Below are positions 37,878 through 49,784 of a stretch of DNA of 64,000 nucleotides, one piece after another. This DNA is from Azolla caroliniana (lineage: Eukaryota > Plantae > Polypodiophyta): assembly GCA_043228905.1 (NCBI GenBank), contig JBHGNT010000002.1:2728001-2792000 (forward strand), read 5' to 3'. The position numbers were made by a program, and so were the translations under genes. The notes below the pieces were generated by a model. That model saw only the letters and a list, made by a program, of their open reading frames with translations. It was not told where the DNA came from and made no database searches. The first letter of the stretch is position 1. Each line of letters begins with the position of its first letter.

Positions 37878-40800
37878 ATGTCTAGTTGTAGACGACCCAG
37901 AGAACCGACTTGACAGGATCAACCACTGACGAGGTCTATCACTCGCCAGACAGAAGAGCGTGCTAAGCAAAAACCTCGCCTTAGCGACCACGACGTTTCC
38001 TTTCAGGAGTTCAAGATCGACCCCACGCTCATCGAATACCGTGACGTCAAGTAGGAAGCCCTGTCACCACACGAAAACCGTGGTCTTCCCTTGCCGACAG
38101 TCACCATAGCGTCCGGAATGGCTTTCTCCTACCCATGCTTCAACGACGAAACAAACGCTGCAAGCCACATTTGGCTGTTCCTGAAAGTTTGGAATGCTAA
38201 TCATATGGCACAGCGGTTTCTAGCAGCAGAAGTGCACCAATCGAAGATTGCAGAGTTCAGGTTAACTCTGGATGGTAGAGCGGCATGCTGGCATTCTCGG
38301 ATGGACCTAGTAACAATCACAGTTACCTTTGATCAACTGCAATCAACATTTTTGCGGTTTTTTCATCGGAGGGTACCACAACGTGAGATCATCGGGCAAT
38401 TCTACACCATTAAGCAATTGCCAACAGAATCCGTAGCGGATTTCAGCCTATGTTTCCAGAGCCTACGATGGCAACTTACATGAGCCCCGACAACCGAAGA
38501 GGCTAAAGAGACGTTTTTGGCAGCTTTATGACGACCTATCTGGACGGCGCTTAACACACATAGTGTGAAAGGGGAAACAACGGATATGGTTATCAAGTGA
38601 GCATTACAACTCGAATTAGAGGAAGAAGATGAGGGATTGTCCATGTCATCGTTACGACAAGCGTTGCCTCAGGACGAGGAACATCGATTCCACCAGGCTA
38701 TATAGTGCACAATCTGTTTAAATTCAGGGCATTCCGCAGTAGAGTGCAATATGAGAATTCATTATCCGATATGTCACTCAAGGGCACACACGGTGGAGCA
38801 ATGAGAATACAACATGCTTAACAGACCTACACCCGTTGTGTGATGCATAGAACCGCAACAGCAACCTCGCAGGAATGATCAAGGGTGACAAGAGGAACGG
38901 TTCAGATATGTGGAATAGAATCAGCGCGAAGAGCGTCAGTACCGTAATCGCGTAACAACAACCTCTATTCCGACGAGGAAGAACAGGAGGACGAAGACTA
39001 TCGGAATACCAACCGATATAATAAAGGAGGGCATCGTTATGGCAATCGACGTTCGTCCACTAATCACGGAGGATTCAATGGACTGCGATCAAATGCACAC
39101 AATAGACAATATAGGGATCAACGTCGCTATGATGAGAGTTCAGAAGATGAGCGGCATCAAGAGCCACACTGGGAACACCGATAGCCACCACGACATAACA
39201 TGAGACTTCAGCAAAATCGGGAGGAGCAAGCGATACTCGCGGAGGCAGCAACACCGCTAGGAGGAGAGAGAGGTGAGACTAGTGTCCATTGTTTCGTATG
39301 TCAGTAACCCGGACATTACACAATGCATTGTCCACATCGCAAAGGCAAGGAACTCGTTGTAAATACGATCACGACGGAAGTCCAACATGTCACAACACGA
39401 CAACAAGCAAAGAACGCGGATTAGGCTGTGCAAGATGAGATACGCAAAGCAGCCCATGCGTGGGTAGAAAAAGCAAATGTGGCAAACACGGAGCGTATGA
39501 GGCAGGAGTTCGCAAACAACAGTTTGCCGATGGAGGAGGACATATTATCACCGGACCCCATATGGCAAGCACTGGCAGACTGTGAAATAGCAATGACCAT
39601 GGAGAAGCTCCTCCGACTAGTTCCACGATTCCGGCAGGTCGTGGAGAATCGCATCAAGGGCACACTCGGATTAGATGTCTCAGCAAATTTTGCGGAGACT
39701 AATGCTGGTCCATCAATAGTGGATCACCAAAATCCAACCATTCAGTTGGTACTACAGGGACAAGAAATCCCGGGATGTATAATCGATGGAGGATTCGACG
39801 TCAATGTCATTAGTACAAAGATGTGCACACGATTGAGAATTTTAGATTAGGAAGCTTGCCCTTTTTGGCTCCGCATGGCAGACACCCGTTCTGTCAGGCC
39901 CTTAGGGTTGATCCGAAAGTTAGGCATTATCGTTGGCGGCCATCGTTTCGACATCTCTGCAGTGGTACTCTCACTGGACGCTCCAGGAGCATACCCAATA
40001 TTGCTCGGCAGACCGTGGCTATGTTCAGTGAACATCAAACAAAATGGCAACATAACTGTATCAGTTTTAGACGGGGACACAACAAAGTTCTTGTACCCAC
40101 TCAGGAAATGGCGGCACAATCGAAGGGGATAACGCCATTATATGCAGAAGACATAAATATGCTGGAGGGAGTAGACGATACAGAGTTGGAGGCATATCTT
40201 GATGATCACCCACAGATCATTCCATTGTTCGAAATTGACATAATAGAAACTGTTGCGGATTACGACAAAGTTCCTGTACCCACTCAAGAAATGGCGGCAC
40301 AATCGAAGGGGATAACGCCATTATATGCAGAAGACATAAATATGTTGGAGGGAGTAGATGATACAGAGTTGGAGGCATATCTTGATGATCACCCGCGGAT
40401 CATTCCATTGTTCGAAATTGACATAATAGAAACTGTTGCGGATTACGCCCCCACTACTATGCTTCAGGAAGAGGCATACGAACTGGAGCCATAATCAATA
40501 ATGGAGTTAAGTAGAGCACGTGCAACGTTCGAGAGGGAAATGGAAATCTCACGGAGAGTCACCGCCTCGGCATTGGAAGAAGTCAATGTCGGAACGACGG
40601 CGGACCCTTGACTACTCTTGATTGCGAAAGACTTACTTCCACGTTAGAAGGTGACGATGTTGGAACTGCTTAAGGAATATAAGGATATTTTTGCATGGTC
40701 ACACGATGACATGAAGGGGTTGGACCCAAAGTTTTATCAGCACAAAATCAACTTATCTACCGACACAAAACTTGTATGGCAGCCTCGGTATCGAATGAAC

Positions 40801-43431
40801 CCGAATTACACGGCTCGCGTAAAAGAAGAAATTGACAAACTTCTCAAGGCAGGGTTCATATGGCCGGTAAAGCAAGCAACGTGGCTAAGCTCGATAGTCA
40901 TAGTGCCAAAGAAAAATGGCAAAATCCGCGTTTGCGTAGATTATCGTAAGTTAAACATCGAGACGATTACGGATGCGTTTCCTTTGCCCTTCACTGATAG
41001 CGTACTAGACGCGCTCGTAGGCCATGAAATGTATAGTTTTCTAGATGGCTTCAGCGGATACAATTAGGTACGTATGCATCTTGACGACCAAAAGAAGACT
41101 GCGTTCGTCACAGACTAGGGGGTTTACGTCATAGTGGTCATGATGTTTGGGCTCAAGATAGCGCCTGCAACATTCCAACGAACAATCACAGAGATCTTTG
41201 GGGAGTATATACCCGCCTTTATGCAAGTTTTCCTTGACGACTTCGCGGTATATGGAACAGGAGCCGAACATTTGGCCCATCTTTGACTCTATTTGGAACG
41301 CTGTCGTACTTCACGTCTTAGTGTGAATCTAGCAAAATGCGCATTCGACGTTATCAGTGGAGTTCTCCTTGGCCACATTGTAAGCAAGGAAGGGATAGCG
41401 GTGGATCCTAAGAAAATTATGGCGATCATTGAAGCAAAAACTCTGACTACTGCCAAAACGCTTAGCCGTTTTCTAGGACAAATACGCTGGCATAGCCGTA
41501 TGTTACGGTATTTGGCGGATTTCACTACCCCATTACACGCCGCCGTACATCGCACGCCTTTCAAGTGGACGGTAATTGAAGAAAAAGCTTACGACACACT
41601 CAAGATAATGTTAACTCAGGCACCGGTCGTACAACCACCAGATTGGGCGAAACCTTTTGCATGTCTTTGTGAATGCTTCCGATATAGCAATAGGCAGCAC
41701 ATTGATGCAGCTCACGGAGCCGAATTGGTATAGGCCAGTCTATTACGCTAGTTGTAAGCTATCTACTGCCGAACGAAATTACTCCACAACAGAATGGGAG
41801 GCGTTGGGAATGATATACAACATCAACAAATTCCGGCATTACCTGCTAGGGCAAAAATTTACGTTTCACGTAGATCATGCAATGCTACTATACTTGGTGG
41901 AGAAACAGGCACTGACAAGGAAGATGGCCAGATAGATGCTATTGCTCAAAGAGTTCGACTTCATAATTCAGCATCAGCCAGGTACGTAGCACGTTGTAGC
42001 ATATTTTTTAAGCAGAATGGATAACGGGGAAAATGTGCGGGAAAATGATGACGACTTTCCCGACGCTGACATTCTGCGGGTCACGACGATAGCGTCATGG
42101 GAAGAGAAATTTTTTCCGGATCGCTGGTTGATGGAGATGACATACTTTCTGACCACGGGATTGCCACCGCCGCAACTAAGGACGGATTAAAAGAAGCGAT
42201 TGCCTGTCTGTAGTCGTAACTTTTGCCTAGTTGAAGGAGTCCTTTATCACAAGGGCAACGATGGAATTTGGCGACGTGGGATAGGCCAAGATGAGAAGGA
42301 AGCTGTTTTGCGCGAAGCTCACTACGGAATGGCAGGGGGACACTATGCATGCGATGTTAAGGCTAGAAAAATATGGCAATCAGGCTTATGGTGGCCAACT
42401 ACGCAAAATGATGCGTATCTATACTATCGACAGTGCGATTTATGTCAACGATTGGGGCAACCCACGGAGGTCGCAAGGATGCCACATCAACCAGTTATGC
42501 CGCTAGAGCCATTCCAGAAATGGGGTCTTGATTTTGTTGGTCCCTTTATGCCGGTTGCAGCATGGACCGGCAACAGATATATTTTGGTGGCCACGGATTA
42601 CTGCACTAAGTGGGTAGAAGCAAAAGCATTACGAGACAATACGGCGGCATCCACCACGAAATTTCTTTGCGAATACATTTGGTGCTGTTTTGGTTGCCCC
42701 ATCGAACTCATCAGTGACCAAGGGAGCCGCTTTCTAAATTTGGTCATCCAGGAGTTGACACACCATTATGCCGTGGTTCATAAGAAGAGCACACCGTATT
42801 ACCCGTAGGCGAATGGGCTAGCAGAATCCACAAACAAAACCTTACAGACCATATTGAAAAAGATTGTGAATGAGAATAGAACAGACAGGGATACCAAACT
42901 ACACAACGCCTTGTGGGCGTATCGGACAAGCTACAAAACTAGCATACAGTCCATGCATGCCTTTCCGGCTAGCATTTGGGCTAGAGGCTGTGGCCTGTAA
43001 TGCCCATCGAATTCCAGGTACCCAATCTGCAGATTCAAGTACAGGACTGGCTATCAGAAGTTAAGTCCGAGCAAATACGGCTACAACAACTTCTCGAACT
43101 AGGCGAGGCGCGTATCCGTAGTATGGCCATACTTGAGCAAGAGCAGGTACGGCGTAAGGCATTCGTGGACCGGCATTGGGACTTTGCAGTAGGAAAGGCC
43201 GTATTAGTTTTTCAAACACGCATGGGTCAAATGCCAAGAAAATTACAGTTCCAATGGACGGGGCCATACTGGATAGTTGGAGCGAAGAACAACACTTTTC
43301 AATTAGGAACTCTTACTGAGGAGTTTCTTCGACAGAAACTGAATGGGTTCCGATTAAAACCTTATCTAGGAACTATGCCTACAAACCCGTTTCACGCCGT
43401 CACTGACATGGCAGAGGGGCCCATACACTGA
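37878..43431 (+). pseudogene. Gypsy A gag-pol pseudogene
   Basis: Fragments: protease IIDGG, RT (RVCVDYRKLN, FLDGFSGYN, FLDDF), RNase H (VFVNASD, YSTTEWEALG), integrase (HHCC, WGLDFVGP, ISDQG, WTGPY). Confidence 0.93.
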
Positions 43432-43783
43432 TTAATAGCTAGGGTCCTCTTGTAAAATAATGTAACAGTAATATTGTACTTAACCGTTAAAGAAAAAAAA
43501 AAAAGAGAAGAGAAGAGAGGATGGGCACGACTATTAAAAGGACTTTATGCATGCACAGACTTCAAGATCAAGAACGCGCGACACCAAGATGACACACGGG
43601 CCAACGAACCCTAGAACACAAAAAGAGAAAAACAGAAGGTTTTCTGCACAATACAGAAAACAGTCTTCACCCTTCAACTCTCTTCACTCTTCTCGCTCTC
43701 CTCGCTCTCCACCGTACCACATAACCCACGTCCACCATAGCCTGCAAGCTTCGCCCAGTTCTCACGAGCCCCATCCAACCACG

Positions 43784-46283
43784 ATGCCGATCACCTCAGA
43801 TGGCTCTTGGAAAAGGGTTTTGAGGGGTACATCAAGGTCACCGAGGCACCAACACATCCAGACGCTCTCAAAATCACCAAAAAGCTCAACATAGATATTG
43901 TGACAAACGCCACCATTCGGAAGAAATTAGATCTATCCGCGAATGGGGAGAAACATTTCGACATTCCCCCTACTAAAACCCTAAGGAAATATTTTGGGGA
44001 GTATTATGTATCCGCCAAGGCATATAGAATGAATGAAATCCCGAACCCATTCTTTTGGGAAATAGCCAAGTTTTTACTTGAGGTCGGCTGCATGCACGTT
44101 AACGCATATGGGATGCCAAAACAGAAGGCAGGTATCATCATTGATACCCTCAAGGGGCATGCAATAGATTGGGGTGTAATTACGGGACCAGCTCTACGAG
44201 AGGGCCTACACGCGTACCAGACCGGCAAAAAGCTAAGGTCAATTATACAACAATACCTTACGATATTGTTTCCGCCTCGAGGTCTGCCCGCACCACAGTA
44301 ACCTATGCCACCGCCACGATCCGCAAAACGACGGTTAGCAAAACTGGCAAACACAGAATGGGAGGAGGAACCACAACCTTCCCATCCCATAACACAAACA
44401 ACGCAGTTAGAACAACCAACAAAGGTAGAAGAAGCCACGAATGAGCAACAAACTGAACAACACCAAGAAAGCCCGAGGCCAAAACGACGTAGATTAGACC
44501 GAATGGATGGCCGCGGACTTGTCAAAGAGACAACCGGCCCAGTTGACACTTCCGCCCCTACGAAGCCCGTAACTACATTAGAGATAATCCGGGAACCGCG
44601 GCCGATCATTACGGCTCAGTCACAGCATGGAAAATGAGTGCTCACAGCAGAAAGTGAGTTTCTAAAGTACCCAGATATCCTGGATACGGCCCACGAGTTC
44701 GGTGCACTATTACAGTTTGGAATGATTTACAAACGCATGGAATTTTTAGCGACGCAACAAATCAAGGTATCCTAGAGAATGGCAGAGGAGCACGCAGAAC
44801 AGTAGATGATTGAGCGTGTGCTCACATGAATAGTGGAAAGCGAAGATGAGGGGCCCCTCGCCAAGATGGGCAGGCAGCAGAACGCGGGGATTCGCCGCAT
44901 GGGCATTGAATTACCTCCATTGAATACAACCCTCGTCGAAACGCATAGGGAATTGGCTAAAGTTAGTATGGGCGCCAAGGACATGGCGATCAAAAAAAAA
45001 AAGTCTGGAAAACAGTCAAGCGGACCCAAGCCCAACTACAAAAGGCTGAAGAGCGCATCGCAGAGTTAGAATGCTGCACGGCTACGGCGCAGCAAAACCC
45101 CGGACCAACGTCCAGTGATGACGCGTCAAAGACCTTATGGGAGGAGGTCGAAGCACAGATCGCCATTGCCGCAAAAGCAAAAAGAGCTACAAAGCTAGCG
45201 AAGTCCGAGATTGACCGCCTCCGTGCTGAATTCCGCCAATCATCAGACAGAGAATGGATATCCGGGCAAAAGGATGAAGGGCGGTGAAAGCACTAGAGGA
45301 CAAATTCGAGGCAGAGGCAATTGCGCACAACAACACAAAAGAGGAAAACAGGAACTTGCGTGAGGAAGCCCAAAAGACGGAAGTGGTGGTCACAGGACTC
45401 CGGGAGTTATTGTAAAAGAAGGAAGCATGGTACGACGAACAACTCGTACGGGAATGGGAACTGACGCATCAGGTAGAAGTCTGCCTGAATAATGAAATGG
45501 GCTGGCTAGAAGAACTACACCTGAAGGAATCCCAGATATGGGCGAAGGTGAAGAGCCATTATGAGGAAGTGGCTACGGCCAACAAGCGTAAAATTGAAAA
45601 CCTCAAGAAAGCTCTGGATGAAGCCCAACACCGCTCCCAAACGATAGCTGACAATGTACGCATTCTTCTCCAAACAAATCGCGAGCGGTTCACGACGCAA
45701 TTAAAAACGGCGTTGGACAAAGGTTGGACGGCGTGGGCAAAGCAAGCTGCAGAATTGCATACCTACCGGGCGGACTGGGAGAACCGACGAAAAGAAGGCC
45801 GAGGCTTCTACGAGCTCAATGAGGAAAGCATCGTGGCAGTACGAGAGGACCTCACACAGGATTATCGCACGCTAGCAGACCAACACTCCGAGGAACTCGC
45901 ATAACTGTTGGAAGATTTCAGGGAAAGTCAGGAAGATATTTTTCACCGAATAATCGAGATCAACAGCACATAGTAGAGGGCGGAGCCAATTGCGATACCG
46001 GACAACGATTCCGTCCAACAAGATGAACCTCAGCCTAATTCGAATGAACCACCGGAGGAGACCACAACATCTATCAACGCTACGGAAGATACAGATATGG
46101 AAGAACCCCATACATAGATAAAAGAGCCAATGCCCGAACCAACGAGGAATTAGCCGAATTGCGAGCCAACTGAGCTGGTCCTGATCACACAAAGAGAAGA
46201 CGACAACACGGGGACTCGCACACCTACTGAGCACGGCGAAGAAGGAAATGCGGAGTTACCTAAACTGGTCGAGCAAAATAACG
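43784..46283 (+). pseudogene. Gypsy A extra ORF3 (env-position, coiled-coil), decayed; tail continues after element B at 56114
   Basis: Homologous to B ORF3: YFGEY..AKAYR, MPKQKAGIII..IDWG, WAKQAAEL...RADWENRRKEG. Confidence 0.8.
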
Positions 46284-46288
46284 AAGCA

Positions 46289-46708
46289 TGTTATTCGCTT
46301 AGCCGGACAAGGCCTAACACAAGGTGTCACGGAGACACTTCACCAAAGGGTGATTACGGCATAGGATTAAGATTCAACGATTACACCGACTTACATAGGT
46401 TACACGATTAGATTGCTTTGGTTAATTACACGCGTAAGATATAACAGTGATTACAGAACGGAAATCAAGACAGAAGTATAAACAACATAAGCTCTATTAA
46501 TTATCCGCTGTCATTACAATGGGGTCCGGGCCTTTAAATAGGTTTCCGGCCCGTAGTACAAAACGGTGCCTCTCGCACCTATTCGGGATCCGTCTGGATC
46601 TGGAACGGCATACCGTTTCCAGTCCGTCCGTCCACACTATGCTCATTTACAACCATATCTAATTAATTCCTTCACTCCGTATTTTGGACTCCTTGCCGGC
46701 CGGTAACA
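46289..46708 (-). repeat. Gypsy B 3' LTR
   Basis: Direct repeat of 55689-56108; TATTTAAA on the minus strand. Confidence 0.96.
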
Positions 46709-46710
46709 CA

Positions 46711-46727
46711 TGGCACGCCCGTGGGAC
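46711..46727 (-). other. tRNA-3'-end-like sequence (reverse-orientation PBS) at the PPT position of Gypsy B
   Basis: Sense GTCCCACGGGCGTGCCA+TG+LTR; the plus strand reads TGGCACGCCCGTGGGAC. Confidence 0.8.
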
Positions 46728-46760
46728 AGTACCTTGTACGTCGAACCCTTCTCGGCCCCT

Positions 46761-49697
46761 TCATTGTTCACCCAAATTGTCCAAATTACTTTGTTCAAGA
46801 ATTTCCGCTTGTTCTTCCGGTTGTGGTTGTTGCGGCTGTGCTTGCTGCTGCTGCTGTGGTTGCGGTTGGGACTGAGGTTGCTCCGGCTGCTCTGCTTGCT
46901 GCTGCTGCTCCGTTTGTTTCGCTGACTCCGGCTGCTCCGTTTGTCTCTCTGGCTCCGGCATCTCCGTTTGACTGCTTCCGGTCCGGTCTCCTTCCAGTAA
47001 CGGTTCCTCATCACTGAGGTTGACCGTAACTGGTTCTCGTTCTTTCTCTCCCCGGATCCGGGACCTCTCGTAGCTTTCAAACTGGATCTGCGCCTCCAGC
47101 CTGTCGTCGTCCAGCTGAGCTACAAGTTGCCGGACTTGCTCTAGTTGGTCCTCTGCCAAGGCTTGAAAGTCTTCGGCAAGCTCATCCCTTATGCCGGTGA
47201 AGTCTTCGGAAGTCAGCATATAGCAATCATCTCCCTCCTTCCGCCGGTTCTCTACGTCGGCCCGGAGCAATTGGAGTTCCGCCGCGTTCGTGGCCCACTT
47301 GGTCCACCATTTGACGGAACCGTTGTCAATCAAGCTCTTGGTCTGGTTCAACCAAGCCCGCATTATATCTTGGATGCGACTTGCTCCCATTTGGGCTCTG
47401 CTTTCCACCACTTGTCGCTCCTCCTTCAACTGCTTGATGAGATTTGCCGTATCCTCCGCCTGCTCCCTGTAGCGCGTCAGCTGCCCTTGATATGTCGTTT
47501 GCAGCCTCTGCAGTACCTCCGCCGCTCTTTCTTTTTCCGCCTGCTGTTGCCTGAGGAGCTCTGTCCGAACCTTCTCCGCCTCTTCCAACCGTCTTCTGTT
47601 TTCCGCTTGTTCCTTGGCGAATGCGGTTGCGGTCCGATCAACTGCTTGCCGGAGCTCATCCGTCCGTTCCTTGTGCTCCGTTTGCAACCGTTTATACTCC
47701 CGGTGCAATTGCTCAAATTCCTCCGTTTTTTGTTTGAGCTTGCCGTTGAGCTGGCGATGGTTCCGGTCCTCCCGGTCCTTTACCTGCCGGAGTTCCTCTT
47801 TCAGGCGCTCTACTTCTGTTTCGGCGTTCCTCCGGAGCTTGTCCTTCTCTTGCAGCATTTTCTCCTTTTCCTCCTTGAGCCGGTCGTACGCTTGGTGGCC
47901 TTTCCGTAAGCTCTCCTCGGCCCGGCGTAGATTCTCAGCAGTCTTTTTGAGTTCTGCCTCCGCTGCCGTCTTCAATTCTCTTTCGCGGCTCCTCAGCGCT
48001 TCTTGGGCAGCAAGCTCATCCTTTAATTCCGCAAGCTCTTGGGCTTGTGCCGCATTTCTCTCCGGAACGGTTTCCGTTGCCGGGGTCTGATTGCTATGTA
48101 CAGGTTGATCTGTCGCTTTATTCTGTACATTGCCCGGAGTCACCGGTGCTTGGACTTGTGTTGTCAAAGCCACTTGCGCCATTTTCCTTGTGACCCTGTC
48201 CAAGTCTTGTTCAAGGCTCCGGATTCTGGACCGGGCCGTCTCTAGATCTACGGTTGTGACGAGCAACCGTTCCTGGTGCGCTCTCTCTTCCGCCTCTATA
48301 TACTCGACCACTCCAGCGATTTGCTCGCCTACCCACCGTAGCCACATGCTACTGGTGCCTTGTTGCTGTACTGGTCCTACTCCTTGGCCGCCGTGTGCTC
48401 TGGCTGGGCTCGCCGGCTGTTGAGATCCGGTTCTCGCCGTCTCCGGAGCCGTTGGACTGACTTCTATAGAAGTCGACAAGACCGGTTCCCTACGCACCGG
48501 TTCCGGTTCTTCCCTTGTGGTTTGCTCAGGTTGAGTTGGGGGCGTTTCTGCCTCTCGCGGGTACGACCGCTCCCCTCCTGTCTCGGCGGTCCTACTTCTT
48601 GACCGTCGTTGGAGGTGCTCTTCTGGCTCCTCCGTTTCCTCTTCCTGTGTCACGGCATGTTTCTGTGCCGTCAAGGGTTCCGGTTCCTTCTGTCCCGGTC
48701 TCCGTAAGGTTATCTTGACGGGTCGGACCGGTGACACCTCCTCCGGTTCTGGGGCCCGTTTCTTCCCTTTCGTCGCCTTCGACGCCAGCAGCTGCTGTCG
48801 TTTGGACGCCGGCTTCGAGGTGCTTCCTTCCGATACTCTTGGCCGCTTCTTTGGCTGGACGGTCTCGACCGGCGGCACGAGCAATGTTATCCATTGAGCT
48901 ACGGCGTGCCACAGCTTCCGGCCCTCCTTGCCGTCCTTCCCTCGTACCATGTCGATTGCCATGCACAACCCGTCTGCAATCAACACCGGCCAGTCCACCT
49001 TGATCCCTTCATAGGTGGCTATGATCATCCCTGCCCGATTTTTTGGCATGACAGGGGGTCGGGGGTACACGTAACCGTACTCATGGAGCACTCGAGCTAT
49101 CTCCCTGAATAGCGGATCTTCGCCGCCCTGCGTCCGATAGCCTTTGCCGGCAACAGAGTACTCCCCAAAATATCGGGTGAGTTGCTCCGAGGTTGGGTTA
49201 TCGATCTGAAAGATTCCTCCCTCCGGAAGGCCTGTTAGCGCGCGGATCGCTTCCTCGGTGATGACCTCTGTGGCGAGCTCCTTGATGACCCGGTCGGCTT
49301 CTCTGTGCGGCGGTGCCTCCATGATGGCCAAGAACCCCTCCAGTCCGTTTTGCCTGAACCATTTCCTGGCCGCTTCCGACAGCGTTTGTGGTTCCATGTC
49401 TGCTTCAAGGTCGAGGGAAGATGGCGAGGTAGAGTGGTGATGAGAGTGAGAGCGAGAGAGAGAGCGTTCTGAGCGCGGGAGTTCTCTGCGTGCAGGTTCG
49501 CGTTTGCTCAGCTTCCACTGTCTTGGTGCTTCTGTGCTTCTTGGCTCGCGAAATGAAAAGGTCTCCATGCGTTCTGCTTCTTCTTTGTGCGTTTTGGCGC
49601 CTTTTTCGAGCATGCACACGTCGTGTACCAATTTAGTATTAAGTAGCGTGGCGTCTCTTAAATGCCCACTACGTACCTTTTCGCGCCTTGCTTTCAC
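46761..49697 (-). CDS. Gypsy B ORF3: large protein of unknown function (N-terminal conserved domain, long coiled coil, Q-rich tail); probable start ATG 49397 (878 aa)
   Basis: Uninterrupted 978-codon ORF downstream of pol; homologue present in Gypsy A. Confidence 0.85.
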   Translation of the reverse strand: MKARREKVRSGHLRDATLLNTKLVHDVCMLEKGAKTHKEEAERMETFSFREPRSTEAPRQWKLSKREPARRELPRSERSLSRSHSHHHSTSPSSLDLEADMEPQTLSEAARKWFRQNGLEGFLAIMEAPPHREADRVIKELATEVITEEAIRALTGLPEGGIFQIDNPTSEQLTRYFGEYSVAGKGYRTQGGEDPLFREIARVLHEYGYVYPRPPVMPKNRAGMIIATYEGIKVDWPVLIADGLCMAIDMVRGKDGKEGRKLWHAVAQWITLLVPPVETVQPKKRPRVSEGSTSKPASKRQQLLASKATKGKKRAPEPEEVSPVRPVKITLRRPGQKEPEPLTAQKHAVTQEEETEEPEEHLQRRSRSRTAETGGERSYPREAETPPTQPEQTTREEPEPVRREPVLSTSIEVSPTAPETARTGSQQPASPARAHGGQGVGPVQQQGTSSMWLRWVGEQIAGVVEYIEAEERAHQERLLVTTVDLETARSRIRSLEQDLDRVTRKMAQVALTTQVQAPVTPGNVQNKATDQPVHSNQTPATETVPERNAAQAQELAELKDELAAQEALRSRERELKTAAEAELKKTAENLRRAEESLRKGHQAYDRLKEEKEKMLQEKDKLRRNAETEVERLKEELRQVKDREDRNHRQLNGKLKQKTEEFEQLHREYKRLQTEHKERTDELRQAVDRTATAFAKEQAENRRRLEEAEKVRTELLRQQQAEKERAAEVLQRLQTTYQGQLTRYREQAEDTANLIKQLKEERQVVESRAQMGASRIQDIMRAWLNQTKSLIDNGSVKWWTKWATNAAELQLLRADVENRRKEGDDCYMLTSEDFTGIRDELAEDFQALAEDQLEQVRQLVAQLDDDRLEAQIQFESYERSRIRGEKEREPVTVNLSDEEPLLEGDRTGSSQTEMPEPERQTEQPESAKQTEQQQQAEQPEQPQSQPQPQQQQQAQPQQPQPEEQAEILEQSNLDNLGEQ

Positions 49698-49784
49698 ACC
49701 CGTTCATACCTCGATTTTTAATGATTTCTTTTTTCTTTTTTTTTCTTTTTTTTTTTTTTTCTATTAATTTGACGGTGTGTGACC

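Noticed and set aside
46711-46727. Reading TGGCACGCCCGTGGGAC as the only PBS, with B oriented on the plus strand and antisense genes
   Set aside because: gag-pol, the TATA-like box and a second PBS all lie on the minus strand, and A shows the same two-site layout
46746-46764. GAAGGGGCCGAGAAGGG (B sense) as the true PPT
   Set aside because: Interrupted by pyrimidines and ~37 nt from the LTR, whereas a PPT must abut U3; kept only as a weak alternative
46711-46790. A genuine tRNA gene
   Set aside because: Only T-arm and 3' acceptor-like parts are present; no D-arm, anticodon arm or 5' acceptor strand
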